Source: Omnitrophica WOR_2 bacterium GWF2_43_52 (GTDB lineage Bacteria > Omnitrophota > Gorgyraeia > Gygaellales > UBA12090). Taken from it: a DNA stretch of 64,000 nt. The first letter of the stretch is position 1. The number at the start of each line of letters is the position of its first letter. The translations under genes were made by a program, and so were the position numbers. Positions 18,862 through 26,625 of this stretch are shown one piece after another. The stretch lies in contig MHGF01000028.1 of NCBI GenBank assembly GCA_001805445.1, forward strand, positions 73,651 through 137,650, given 5' to 3'. The notes under the pieces were generated by a model. That model saw nothing but the letters and a program-made list of their open reading frames with translations, did no database searches and was not told the origin of the DNA.

Positions 18862-19860
18862 TTATGAAAGTTCAGGGCCAAGATAATAATTTGAACGTTT
18901 CCCTCTCTTATACAACTGGTACCCCAACCCCGCGATCATCGCCGCGTTATCCAGGCTCAAGGCAAAATCCGGGAAAAACACATCCACATTCTTGAGGCGC
19001 GCTTCTTCCTCCATACGGCTTCTTAAATAACTGTTTGCCGCGACCCCTCCTCCCACTACCAGAGTCGCGATCTTCCTGCGCTCACAAGCAAGAAGCGACT
19101 TTTCGACTAATGCCTCCACCACCGTCTTCTGAAAACTCGCCGCCAAATCTTTATTTGTGACCTTGTGGCCTTGTGACCTTGTGACTTGATAAAGAACCGC
19201 GGTCTTTATACCGCTAAAAGAAAACCCAAGATCATCCGAAGTGCCGCAGGAAAGCTTTACACTCTCTGGATTGCCCTGCCTTGCCATTTTTTCAATCACC
19301 GGGCCGCCAGGATAGCCTAAGTCCAAAATCTTAGCCACCTTATCAAAGGCTTCACCGGCGGCATCGTCAGCGGTTTGGCTTATACCTTTAAAATCGAAAT
19401 CCTTACTTATTAAAAACAAGCTGGTATGCCCGCCGGAAACGACCAGCCCAACGCACGGTAACGCAGGGAAACCACAGCCTTGTTTTTTATCTTTGGCCAG
19501 GAAACTCGCGTACAAATGCGCCTCAAGATGATCAACGCCAACCAAAGTTTTCTTTGTAGCGAAACTCAGCGCCTTAGCAAACGATATGCCTACCAAAAGC
19601 GAACCCACTAACCCCGGGCCCTTGGTCACGCACACGAGCCCTATATCGGTTATCTTTTTCCGCGCTTTTCTAAGCGCGTCTTTGACTACAAGTGACAGAG
19701 ACTCAATATGGGCGCGGGAAGCAATCTCCGGAATTATCCCTTTGTATTTCTGATGTAACCTTAGGCTGGAGGAAACTACATTTGAAAGCACATATCTGCC
19801 GTTTTCTACCACTGCCGCGGAGGTTTCGTCACAGGATGTTTCAATACCAAGGATTATCAT
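18862..19860 (-). CDS. tsaD: tRNA N6-adenosine threonylcarbamoyltransferase
   Basis: LGIETSCDET, PEIASRAH, HLEAH, VSGGHT, GEAFDK, FSFSG, DNAAMIA. Confidence 0.96.
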   Translation of the reverse strand: MIILGIETSCDETSAAVVENGRYVLSNVVSSSLRLHQKYKGIIPEIASRAHIESLSLVVKDALRKARKKITDIGLVCVTKGPGLVGSLLVGISFAKALSFATKKTLVGVDHLEAHLYASFLAKDKKQGCGFPALPCVGLVVSGGHTSLFLISKDFDFKGISQTADDAAGEAFDKVAKILDLGYPGGPVIEKMARQGNPESVKLSCGTSDDLGFSFSGIKTAVLYQVTRSQGHKVTNKDLAASFQKTVVEALVEKSLLACERRKIATLVVGGGVAANSYLRSRMEEEARLKNVDVFFPDFALSLDNAAMIAGLGYQLYKRGKRSNYYLGPELS

Positions 19861-19862
19861 TT

Positions 19863-20807
19863 CTATTTCACCAATTCCGATACGCGGACAAACCTAAAAC
19901 CGCGTTTTTTTAATTCAGGGACAACCTTCTCTAACACCTCGAGCGTCTTCTGCCGGTCATGGCCAATACCAATAGCATACCCTGATTGCCTGGCAATCTT
20001 AGCCAAAAGCTCAATCTGTCCTAAGATATACCGTGGCTCATTCTTATTATCCAAAAACACCTGTCTTCGGGCATAGGGAATCGCTATATCTTTTGCCAGC
20101 TCCTTACAAACAGTCTTACCGGTAAAGCTATCCAAAAAGAATAAATTTCGCTTCTTAAGGTCAGTTAAAATAATTTTCATTAATGGCTTACTTTCGGTTG
20201 CCCTCGAACCCTGATGATTCGATACCCCTTTAATTCCCGTAACACTTTTTATATCCTTATCCAGAATTTTCAGCACCTGTGCTTTTTGCATAACACTACT
20301 TATAGTATCCGGCTCAGGATGCGATTCTTGCCCTTGATATGACTCAAGAGGAAGATGAAGGATTGCCTCTTTGCCAAGTTCAAGAGAAAGTTTGGCAATC
20401 GCTTCTGAATAGGTGCGCCGAGGTAAAATAGCCAGCGTTAACGGCTCGTCAATTTCCCTGAGAATTTTGACATTATTCAGGCTATATCCCCAGTCATCAA
20501 GGACAATGGCAATCTTTGCTCCCGCGCCATCTTGAAGAATAACCGGTTTTTCTTCTTTTGGCTGCTCTTTTTGTTTTACGGCTGTTTGAACCTTTTGCCT
20601 GGGGGCAAGCTCTTTTTGCTTTTTTATTTTCTGGGGCTCCTCTACCCTGACGAACACCTTCTTTGGAGTAACATCTTCTTTTCTTCGAAAACAAGAGCTC
20701 AACAGCAAAAGAGACTGGACCGCGATTACCCCTGTGAGGATATAAATGGTCTTTAGGTACGGCCGGTTATCTTTGATTATTTTCTTTGCCACGTTGTTAA
20801 AAAACAA
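19863..20807 (-). CDS. Divergent polysaccharide deacetylase (YibQ-like), membrane anchored
   Basis: IAIVLDDWG, LHLPLE, SNHQGS, FFLDS, VFLDN, IGIGH; start may be GTG at 20792. Confidence 0.88.
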   Translation of the reverse strand: MFFNNVAKKIIKDNRPYLKTIYILTGVIAVQSLLLLSSCFRRKEDVTPKKVFVRVEEPQKIKKQKELAPRQKVQTAVKQKEQPKEEKPVILQDGAGAKIAIVLDDWGYSLNNVKILREIDEPLTLAILPRRTYSEAIAKLSLELGKEAILHLPLESYQGQESHPEPDTISSVMQKAQVLKILDKDIKSVTGIKGVSNHQGSRATESKPLMKIILTDLKKRNLFFLDSFTGKTVCKELAKDIAIPYARRQVFLDNKNEPRYILGQIELLAKIARQSGYAIGIGHDRQKTLEVLEKVVPELKKRGFRFVRVSELVK

Positions 20808-20858
20808 ACCGTACGTAAGAAATACGGCGCTCTTTGGTTATACCATCGCACAACTAAA

Positions 20859-21005
20859 ACTAGTGCATTATGACATACATTCATGCTACAGCGCCCTATC
20901 TTGAAAGCGGGGGTGGCAAGGTTATGTTTGAGCGGGGCGTACGTAAATTTCAGCGCTCCCCGCTGTTGGCGGGGAGTGCTGAAATTTATGTCACGGAGCA
21001 CTAGT
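20859..21005. mobile_element. MITE-like element, family C
   Basis: Terminal inverted repeats actagtgcattatgacata / tatgtcacggagcactagt; internal near-perfect palindrome taaatttcagcgctccccgc..gcggggagtgctgaaattta. Confidence 0.55.
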
Positions 21006-21095
21006 GTTCAGTAACATAGATTTATGATAGCTATAATGTTGCTTCGCACTTCCTTACCTACCGGCAGGCAGGCGCTATGTGCTCGAATGCCCGGA

Positions 21096-22409
21096 TTATT
21101 GTTTCTGAACTTTGATTTCTTTTTGCGTGTCCGAACCAAACATGTTCTTATACACCTTAATCCCTTTAATGATATCTATGGCACTGACAATCTGATTATC
21201 TTTCTTATAGTCAAAGACGGCCTCTTTTGGCTGCACTTCCTTTACCGCCTCCGGAGTTTTTTCCTTCATCGTCTCAAAAATACTTTCGATACCCGGCTCG
21301 TTTGCCACAAAATCAAGCCTGCCGGCACTCACCAGGACATCGGGAGTTACCCCCTGATTATGAATCATCCTTCCGTTAGGGGTAAAGTATTTACTGGTAG
21401 TCAATTTCAATGCCGAACCGTCAGACAAGGGCAATACCGACTGTACCGAAGCTTTACCGAAGGTCTTATTACCGACGATTACCGCCCGCCTGTAATCCTG
21501 GAGTGCTCCGGCAACAATCTCACTGGCTGAGGCAGAACCTTCATTTACCAAAACAACCATAGGGATATCTAAATATTCAGGCCCATTTGAAGATTTAAAC
21601 TCCATATTTTGCGATGCGATTCTTCCTTTCGTCGAAACCACAACCTTATTCTCGGGGATAAATCTATCCACTACTTTTACCGCCACATCCAGGAGGCCCC
21701 CGGGATTATTCCGTAAATCTAAAATGACGCTATCCATGGCTGATTTTTCAAGCTGGCTAAGGGCCGCGTCTAACTCACTGGGAGTATCTTTCCTGAATTC
21801 AACCAACCTCACATACCCTATTTTATCCTCAAGTATCCGCACATTCTTGATAGCCTTTATCTTAATGATATCCCGCGACAGCTTTACCTCAAAAAGCTTA
21901 GGCGCGCCTTCCCGCAGTATCGTAAGGGTTACTTCGGTCCCCGGCTTGCCGCGCAATTTCTTAACGGCATCGGTCACCGTGAAATTTTTAGTCAGTTCAT
22001 TTTCTATTTTTACAATCCTATCCCCGGGTTTAAGCCCTGCCTTCCACGCCGGGCTGTCTTCAATAGGGCTTATAACGGTGAGCAGATCATCCCGTATAGC
22101 AATCTCAATGCCAATGCCTCCGAATTTTCCCTCAGTGTCAGTTTCTAATTCTTTACGGCTCTCAGGGTCAAGAAACTCGCTATACGGGTCTAGCGAAGCC
22201 AGCATCCCTTTGAGTGCTCCGTACATTAAATCCTGAGGTTTGGGAGTATCAACATATTCCTCGCTGACAAGGTTTAAAGCATCGGAAAATAACTCCAGAT
22301 GTTTATACATCTCGTTTCGCTGTTTTCGCTCATTTTCAGAAAACACTAAAAATGAAAAACCAAAACTTGCAATAACAATAAAAGCAATGACTGTTCTACG
22401 TTTACGCAT
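21096..22409 (-). CDS. ctpA: C-terminal processing protease (S41, PDZ)
   Basis: FGGIGIEI, DLRNNPGGLL, SASASEIVAGALQD, TFGK; AGGAG RBS before MRKRR. Confidence 0.92.
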   Translation of the reverse strand: MRKRRTVIAFIVIASFGFSFLVFSENERKQRNEMYKHLELFSDALNLVSEEYVDTPKPQDLMYGALKGMLASLDPYSEFLDPESRKELETDTEGKFGGIGIEIAIRDDLLTVISPIEDSPAWKAGLKPGDRIVKIENELTKNFTVTDAVKKLRGKPGTEVTLTILREGAPKLFEVKLSRDIIKIKAIKNVRILEDKIGYVRLVEFRKDTPSELDAALSQLEKSAMDSVILDLRNNPGGLLDVAVKVVDRFIPENKVVVSTKGRIASQNMEFKSSNGPEYLDIPMVVLVNEGSASASEIVAGALQDYRRAVIVGNKTFGKASVQSVLPLSDGSALKLTTSKYFTPNGRMIHNQGVTPDVLVSAGRLDFVANEPGIESIFETMKEKTPEAVKEVQPKEAVFDYKKDNQIVSAIDIIKGIKVYKNMFGSDTQKEIKVQKQ

Positions 22410-22531
22410 AGAGTTCTCCTTGCTATCCACTCGTTTCCGGGGTCTCCTAATCATACATCCACCTTACGCATCGGCTTTCCAAAACCAACCTTTAGCGTTA
22501 TTTGATTATTGATACCTGCGATATGTTTGGG

Positions 22532-23962
22532 TCACGGATTTTTCACTTTTAATTTTTCTCTCAAAACATCCTGGGCCACTTTAGGATTTGCCTTACCTTT
22601 ACTTGCCTTCATTACCTGTCCTACTAAAAACATAAAGGCATTGCCTTTACCCGAGGTATAATCCCCTACGGACTTGGCATTTTCCGCGATCACCCTATCC
22701 ACAATCCCTTCAAGTTCTTGAGTATCTGAAACCTGCAGTAAATCTTTTTCCTTAACAATTACCTCCACAGGCTTGCCGCTGTTACACATCTGAGCCAAAA
22801 CCTCTTTTGCCGCCAAATTATTAAGTTTACCCTCTTCAACAAACTGCAACAAGGAAGATAGCGCCTGCGGAGTAAAAAGAAGAGATTCAATACTACTGTT
22901 ACGCGCGTTCAGCTCATAGCTTAAAGGGCCAATACACCAATTACAGACAATCTTGGCCTTAGGATAAAATTTAACCGTATCTTCAAAAAATTTGGCGAAT
23001 GCCTTCTCAGCAGCCAGAATCCCCGCATCGTAAGCGCTCAATCCATAGTCTGAAACGAACCGCTTTTTGAGTGCCTCAGGTAGTTCCGGAAGCGAATCCC
23101 TCAAGGCTTTTATTACGGAATCCTGTATAGTAAGCGGCGGTAAATCCGGCTCTGGGAAATAGCGGTAATCCATTGCCTCTTCTTTACTGCGCATAGAAAC
23201 AGTCTTTCCCGCAACCTCATCCCAGAGGCGGGTTTCCTGCAGAATAGGCTTTTGCGCTTCTAAAGATTCCGTTTGCCTTTTTATTTCATAGGTAAGGGAG
23301 TCCCGCACTGCCTTAAACGAATTCAAATTCTTCAATTCCGCTTTTGTCCCTAATTCTTGCACGCCATGTTTACGCAAGGAAATATTGGCATCGCACCTGA
23401 GCGAGCCCTTCTCCATATCGCAATCGCAGACCTCCAAATATTTGAGAATAGATTTTAATGATGTCAGATACTCATAGGCTTCTTCAGGAGAAGAGATATC
23501 CGGTTCGCTTACAATTTCAAGAAGAGGAATCCCCGCGCGGTTATAATCCACCAAACTACAGCCCTCCTGGTGAATCAGCTTACCCGCGTCTTCTTCCAGA
23601 TGCGCCCTCCGGATACCGATAGATTTCTTTTTTTCTTTAAGTTCTATGGTTAAAAATCCCTGAAGCGCCAGTGGCAGGCCGTACTGCGATATCTGATAGC
23701 CTTTCGGTAAGTCGGGATAGAAATAGTTCTTGCGGTCAAACTTAGTAAATTTTTGAATCTGGCAATGAAGCGCTAAGCCTACCTTAATCCCGTATTCCAG
23801 AGCCTTTTCGTTTAAAACCGGCAAACTCCCCGGAAACCCCAAACACACAGGACAGGCCTGGGTATTTGCCTCTTTACCAAATCCAGTCATACACCCGCAA
23901 AAGGCCTTGGTCTGGGTCTTTAATTGCGCGTGGACTTCTAAACCTATAACGGCTTCGTACAT
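22532..23962 (-). CDS. gatB: Asp/Glu-tRNA amidotransferase subunit B
   Basis: VIGLEVHAQL, RKNYFYPDLPKGYQISQ, HLEEDAGK, YRYFPEPDL. Confidence 0.98.
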   Translation of the reverse strand: MYEAVIGLEVHAQLKTQTKAFCGCMTGFGKEANTQACPVCLGFPGSLPVLNEKALEYGIKVGLALHCQIQKFTKFDRKNYFYPDLPKGYQISQYGLPLALQGFLTIELKEKKKSIGIRRAHLEEDAGKLIHQEGCSLVDYNRAGIPLLEIVSEPDISSPEEAYEYLTSLKSILKYLEVCDCDMEKGSLRCDANISLRKHGVQELGTKAELKNLNSFKAVRDSLTYEIKRQTESLEAQKPILQETRLWDEVAGKTVSMRSKEEAMDYRYFPEPDLPPLTIQDSVIKALRDSLPELPEALKKRFVSDYGLSAYDAGILAAEKAFAKFFEDTVKFYPKAKIVCNWCIGPLSYELNARNSSIESLLFTPQALSSLLQFVEEGKLNNLAAKEVLAQMCNSGKPVEVIVKEKDLLQVSDTQELEGIVDRVIAENAKSVGDYTSGKGNAFMFLVGQVMKASKGKANPKVAQDVLREKLKVKNP

Positions 23963-24035
23963 AAGTAGTAAGTAGTAAGTAGTAAGTAGTAAGTAGACAA
24001 CAGACTGCCTACTATCTACTCCCTACTTACTACTT
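23962..24035. repeat. (TAAGTAG)x5 followed by inverted degenerate CTACTTA units
   Basis: Read directly between gatA and gatB. Confidence 0.85.
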
Positions 24036-24036
24036 C

Positions 24037-25485
24037 TTAGATCTTTGGTTTTTCCTTATGCCAGGGAGTACTTTGCTCGTAGGCATGCGCCACTTTTAAA
24101 AGCATTTCCTCATCAAAGGCTTTCGCGATAATCTGTAAACCAACAGGTAATCCTGCCTTACTCAAACCGCAGGGAACAGAGATTGCCGGAATCCCCGCGA
24201 GATTGACTGAAATCGTATAAATATCCGATAAATACATGGCTAAAGGATTCTGCGTCTTTTCCCCTATGGCAAATGCCGGCGTGGGAGAAGTGGGGGTTAC
24301 GATACAATCACACTCTTTAAAGACATTCGCGAAATCATTGGCAATCAACGCCCTGACTTTCAATGCCCTCAGATAATAAGCCTCATAATAACCGTGGGAG
24401 AGCACATACGTTCCCAGAATAATCCTCCGCTTGGCTTCATAGCCAAACCCGCTGTCGCGTGTTTTTTCATACATATCATGAAGGCTCACGGCACCCTTGT
24501 GCCTAAGCCCATACTGGACTCCGTCAAAACGCTCCAGGTTAGAACTCGCCTCCGCGGTAGCAATGATATAATATACCGGCACCGCGTATGCTGAATGCGG
24601 CAGGCTTACCTCCTTTACCTGGGCACCCAATTTCTTTAGTTGAAGAATGGCTTCTTCTACGCATTGCTTGACTTCGGGGTCTATTCCGGTAAGTTGATTT
24701 TCTTTTGAGAGGGCAAAATATTCTTTAGGAACGCCTATTTTTAAACCCCTGATATCCTTTCCCAGAGATTGCGTATAGTCTGGAACACCGGTATTTACCG
24801 AGGTAGCATCACAGCGGTCATGGCCGGCAATCAGTTTTAAAAGCAGGGCGCTGTCTTGAACATCTTTGGTTATAGGCCCTATCTGGTCAAGGCTTGAGGC
24901 AAAGGCAATCAAACCATAGCGGGATACGCGGCCATAGGTAGGCTTGAGCCCAACCACACCGCAGAATGATGCCGGCTGGCGTATGGAACCTCCGGTATCA
25001 GAACCCAGCGCCCAAAAGGCCTCGTCCGCGGCAACCGCGGAGGCGGAGCCTCCGGAAGAACCTCCGGGAACACACGCCAGGTTCCAGGGATTACGGGTGG
25101 GGAAATAACAGGAATTCTCGCAGGAAGAGCCAAAGGCAAACTCATCCATATTGGTTTGGCCATAGATACCGCAACCAGCCTCTTTGAGTTTACGAATTAC
25201 CGTAGCGTCATAGGGCGGACGAAATCCCTCCAGAATCTTTGAGGCACAGCTCGTCAGTTGGCCCTGAATGCAAATATTGTCTTTAACCGCGATGGGAAGG
25301 CAATATGAGTCAGCGGGTGCGCGGGTGTGCGGGTGCGCGGGTTTTTCTACCCGGACGAATGCCTTGACCTTAACCTCAACATCTTCTATTCTTTTTTTGA
25401 GGCTGGCTAAAATTTCTTCTTGAGTTGTCTCCTTGCTCTTTAATTTTTCCAGCAGCTCATGGGCAGTCAATTGATGGATTTCCAT
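24037..25485 (-). CDS. gatA: Asp/Glu-tRNA amidotransferase subunit A
   Basis: [30 protein letters not shown] amidase signature. Confidence 0.97.
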   Translation of the reverse strand: MEIHQLTAHELLEKLKSKETTQEEILASLKKRIEDVEVKVKAFVRVEKPAHPHTRAPADSYCLPIAVKDNICIQGQLTSCASKILEGFRPPYDATVIRKLKEAGCGIYGQTNMDEFAFGSSCENSCYFPTRNPWNLACVPGGSSGGSASAVAADEAFWALGSDTGGSIRQPASFCGVVGLKPTYGRVSRYGLIAFASSLDQIGPITKDVQDSALLLKLIAGHDRCDATSVNTGVPDYTQSLGKDIRGLKIGVPKEYFALSKENQLTGIDPEVKQCVEEAILQLKKLGAQVKEVSLPHSAYAVPVYYIIATAEASSNLERFDGVQYGLRHKGAVSLHDMYEKTRDSGFGYEAKRRIILGTYVLSHGYYEAYYLRALKVRALIANDFANVFKECDCIVTPTSPTPAFAIGEKTQNPLAMYLSDIYTISVNLAGIPAISVPCGLSKAGLPVGLQIIAKAFDEEMLLKVAHAYEQSTPWHKEKPKI

Positions 25486-25591
25486 TATCTATACCCTCAC
25501 ACTAATGCGCTGTCAACTTAATTGTTAATGGCTAATCAGCTAAAGAGCTAACGAGCTAAAAAACTACCGCTAAATTATTTTTAACAGGGCA

Positions 25592-25879
25592 TTATTCAAT
25601 CACCTTTGGCACCACAAAATGCCCCTGAGCATTGTGCGGCGCGTTCGCAAGGACGGCATTCTTATCAAGAGAACTCGCTACCACATCAGGACGAAGGACA
25701 TTATTGATTTCCAATACGTGGCTCATAGGCGTAACCGAAGAAACATCAACTTCTTTAAGCTTATCTATAAAAGTAATAATATCCTCTAATTGCCCGGAAA
25801 ATAATTTTAGTTGTTCTTCGCTTAAGCCGATACGCGCTAAGCGCGCCACCTTCGCTACATCGCTTCTTTCGATAGCCAT
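25592..25879 (-). CDS. gatC: Asp/Glu-tRNA amidotransferase subunit C
   Basis: VARLARI, VLANAP...HFVVPKVIE; upstream of gatA. Confidence 0.95.
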   Translation of the reverse strand: MAIERSDVAKVARLARIGLSEEQLKLFSGQLEDIITFIDKLKEVDVSSVTPMSHVLEINNVLRPDVVASSLDKNAVLANAPHNAQGHFVVPKVIE

Positions 25880-25942
25880 GGCAGGCTCTCCCTTCCAATC
25901 TTATAAGGCCATTATAATAGATTCACTTATTTTTGATACTCA

Positions 25943-26003
25943 ACTATAGCATTGCTTGAACAAAAAGTCAACACCTTGACAAAACCCGTTTTTGTGTTAT
26001 ACT
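25943..26003. promoter_or_regulatory. Back-to-back sigma70-type promoters for gatCAB (-) and the riboswitch gene (+)
   Basis: - strand TTGACT-17-TATAGT (25971-25943); + strand TTGACA-16-TATACT with extended TG (25976-26003). Confidence 0.65.
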
Positions 26004-26094
26004 TTAAGTAGAAATTTGAACTTTGACACTATGTGTAAACGTACCAATTGTCCCGGCCCTCGATAAGCTCGGTCGGGATCCCGCTAAAGCGGGA

Positions 26095-26175
26095 AAAAAG
26101 GCTAACTAAGGGTAACCTTGGGGCGCAAAGCTACCTGTCCGCCAATCACTATGGCGGATAGAGGAGCTGCCAAGC
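26095..26175 (+). promoter_or_regulatory. c-di-GMP-I (GEMM) riboswitch aptamer
   Basis: GGCTAAC-TAAGG-GTAA-CCTTGG-GGCGCAAAGC-P3(CTGTCCGCCA..TGGCGGATAG)-GAGCTGCC; G at the position equivalent to Vc2 G20. Confidence 0.85.
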
Positions 26176-26180
26176 TGGTG

Positions 26181-26217
26181 AAAAACCTCAAAAATGCCTT
26201 TTTGAGGTTTTTTGTTT
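26181..26217 (+). terminator. Intrinsic terminator (riboswitch expression platform)
   Basis: aaaaacctcaaaaa..tttttgaggttttttgttt immediately after the aptamer. Confidence 0.8.
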
Positions 26218-26292
26218 GTAGAATGCTTGTTCCTAAACCATGCCCGCGAGATTTATCCCCAAAAAGCCTTACAAGCTTAAGGAGGATTAAAC

Positions 26293-26622
26293 ATGAACAC
26301 GGTAACAGCCATTCGGATTATGTTCATCGCGCTTACCCTTATGCAGTCAATGATAGATACTGTGTATGGGGGGGATTCGGCTTCGGTAAGGGTTTCCTGC
26401 ATTATTCCCTCAATTCCCGGGGTCAATGCGCCGCTTCTTGACACACTATCAACGCAACAAGAAACTCAACCGCTAACGGAAGAAAAAGAAACCCAAGTAA
26501 TACAAGAGGAAACCCAAGAGAAAAAACCAGGATGGCTGCAACAGACTACGCAGGTAGCAGCGGTAGAGAAAGAATCGGGGAAAACACAACTCGTGGCTAT
26601 TGATACTTTTTACAGCCGCTAG
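26293..26622 (+). CDS. Small exported protein of unknown function
   Basis: AGGAGG RBS; signal-like N-terminus, then GDSASVRVSCIIP and an acidic low-complexity tail. Confidence 0.75.
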   Translation: MNTVTAIRIMFIALTLMQSMIDTVYGGDSASVRVSCIIPSIPGVNAPLLDTLSTQQETQPLTEEKETQVIQEETQEKKPGWLQQTTQVAAVEKESGKTQLVAIDTFYSR

Positions 26623-26625
26623 AAT

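Noticed and set aside
20777-21530. ORFs 20777-21001 and 21024-21530
   Set aside because: They derive from repeat elements and the antisense strand of ctpA.
23962-23996. Tandem arrays as CRISPR
   Set aside because: The units are 7-8 bp with no unique spacers, and there are no cas genes in the window.
26118-26441. 107-aa ORF from the ORF track
   Set aside because: It runs through the riboswitch and terminator and overlaps the RBS-supported ORF 26293-26622.
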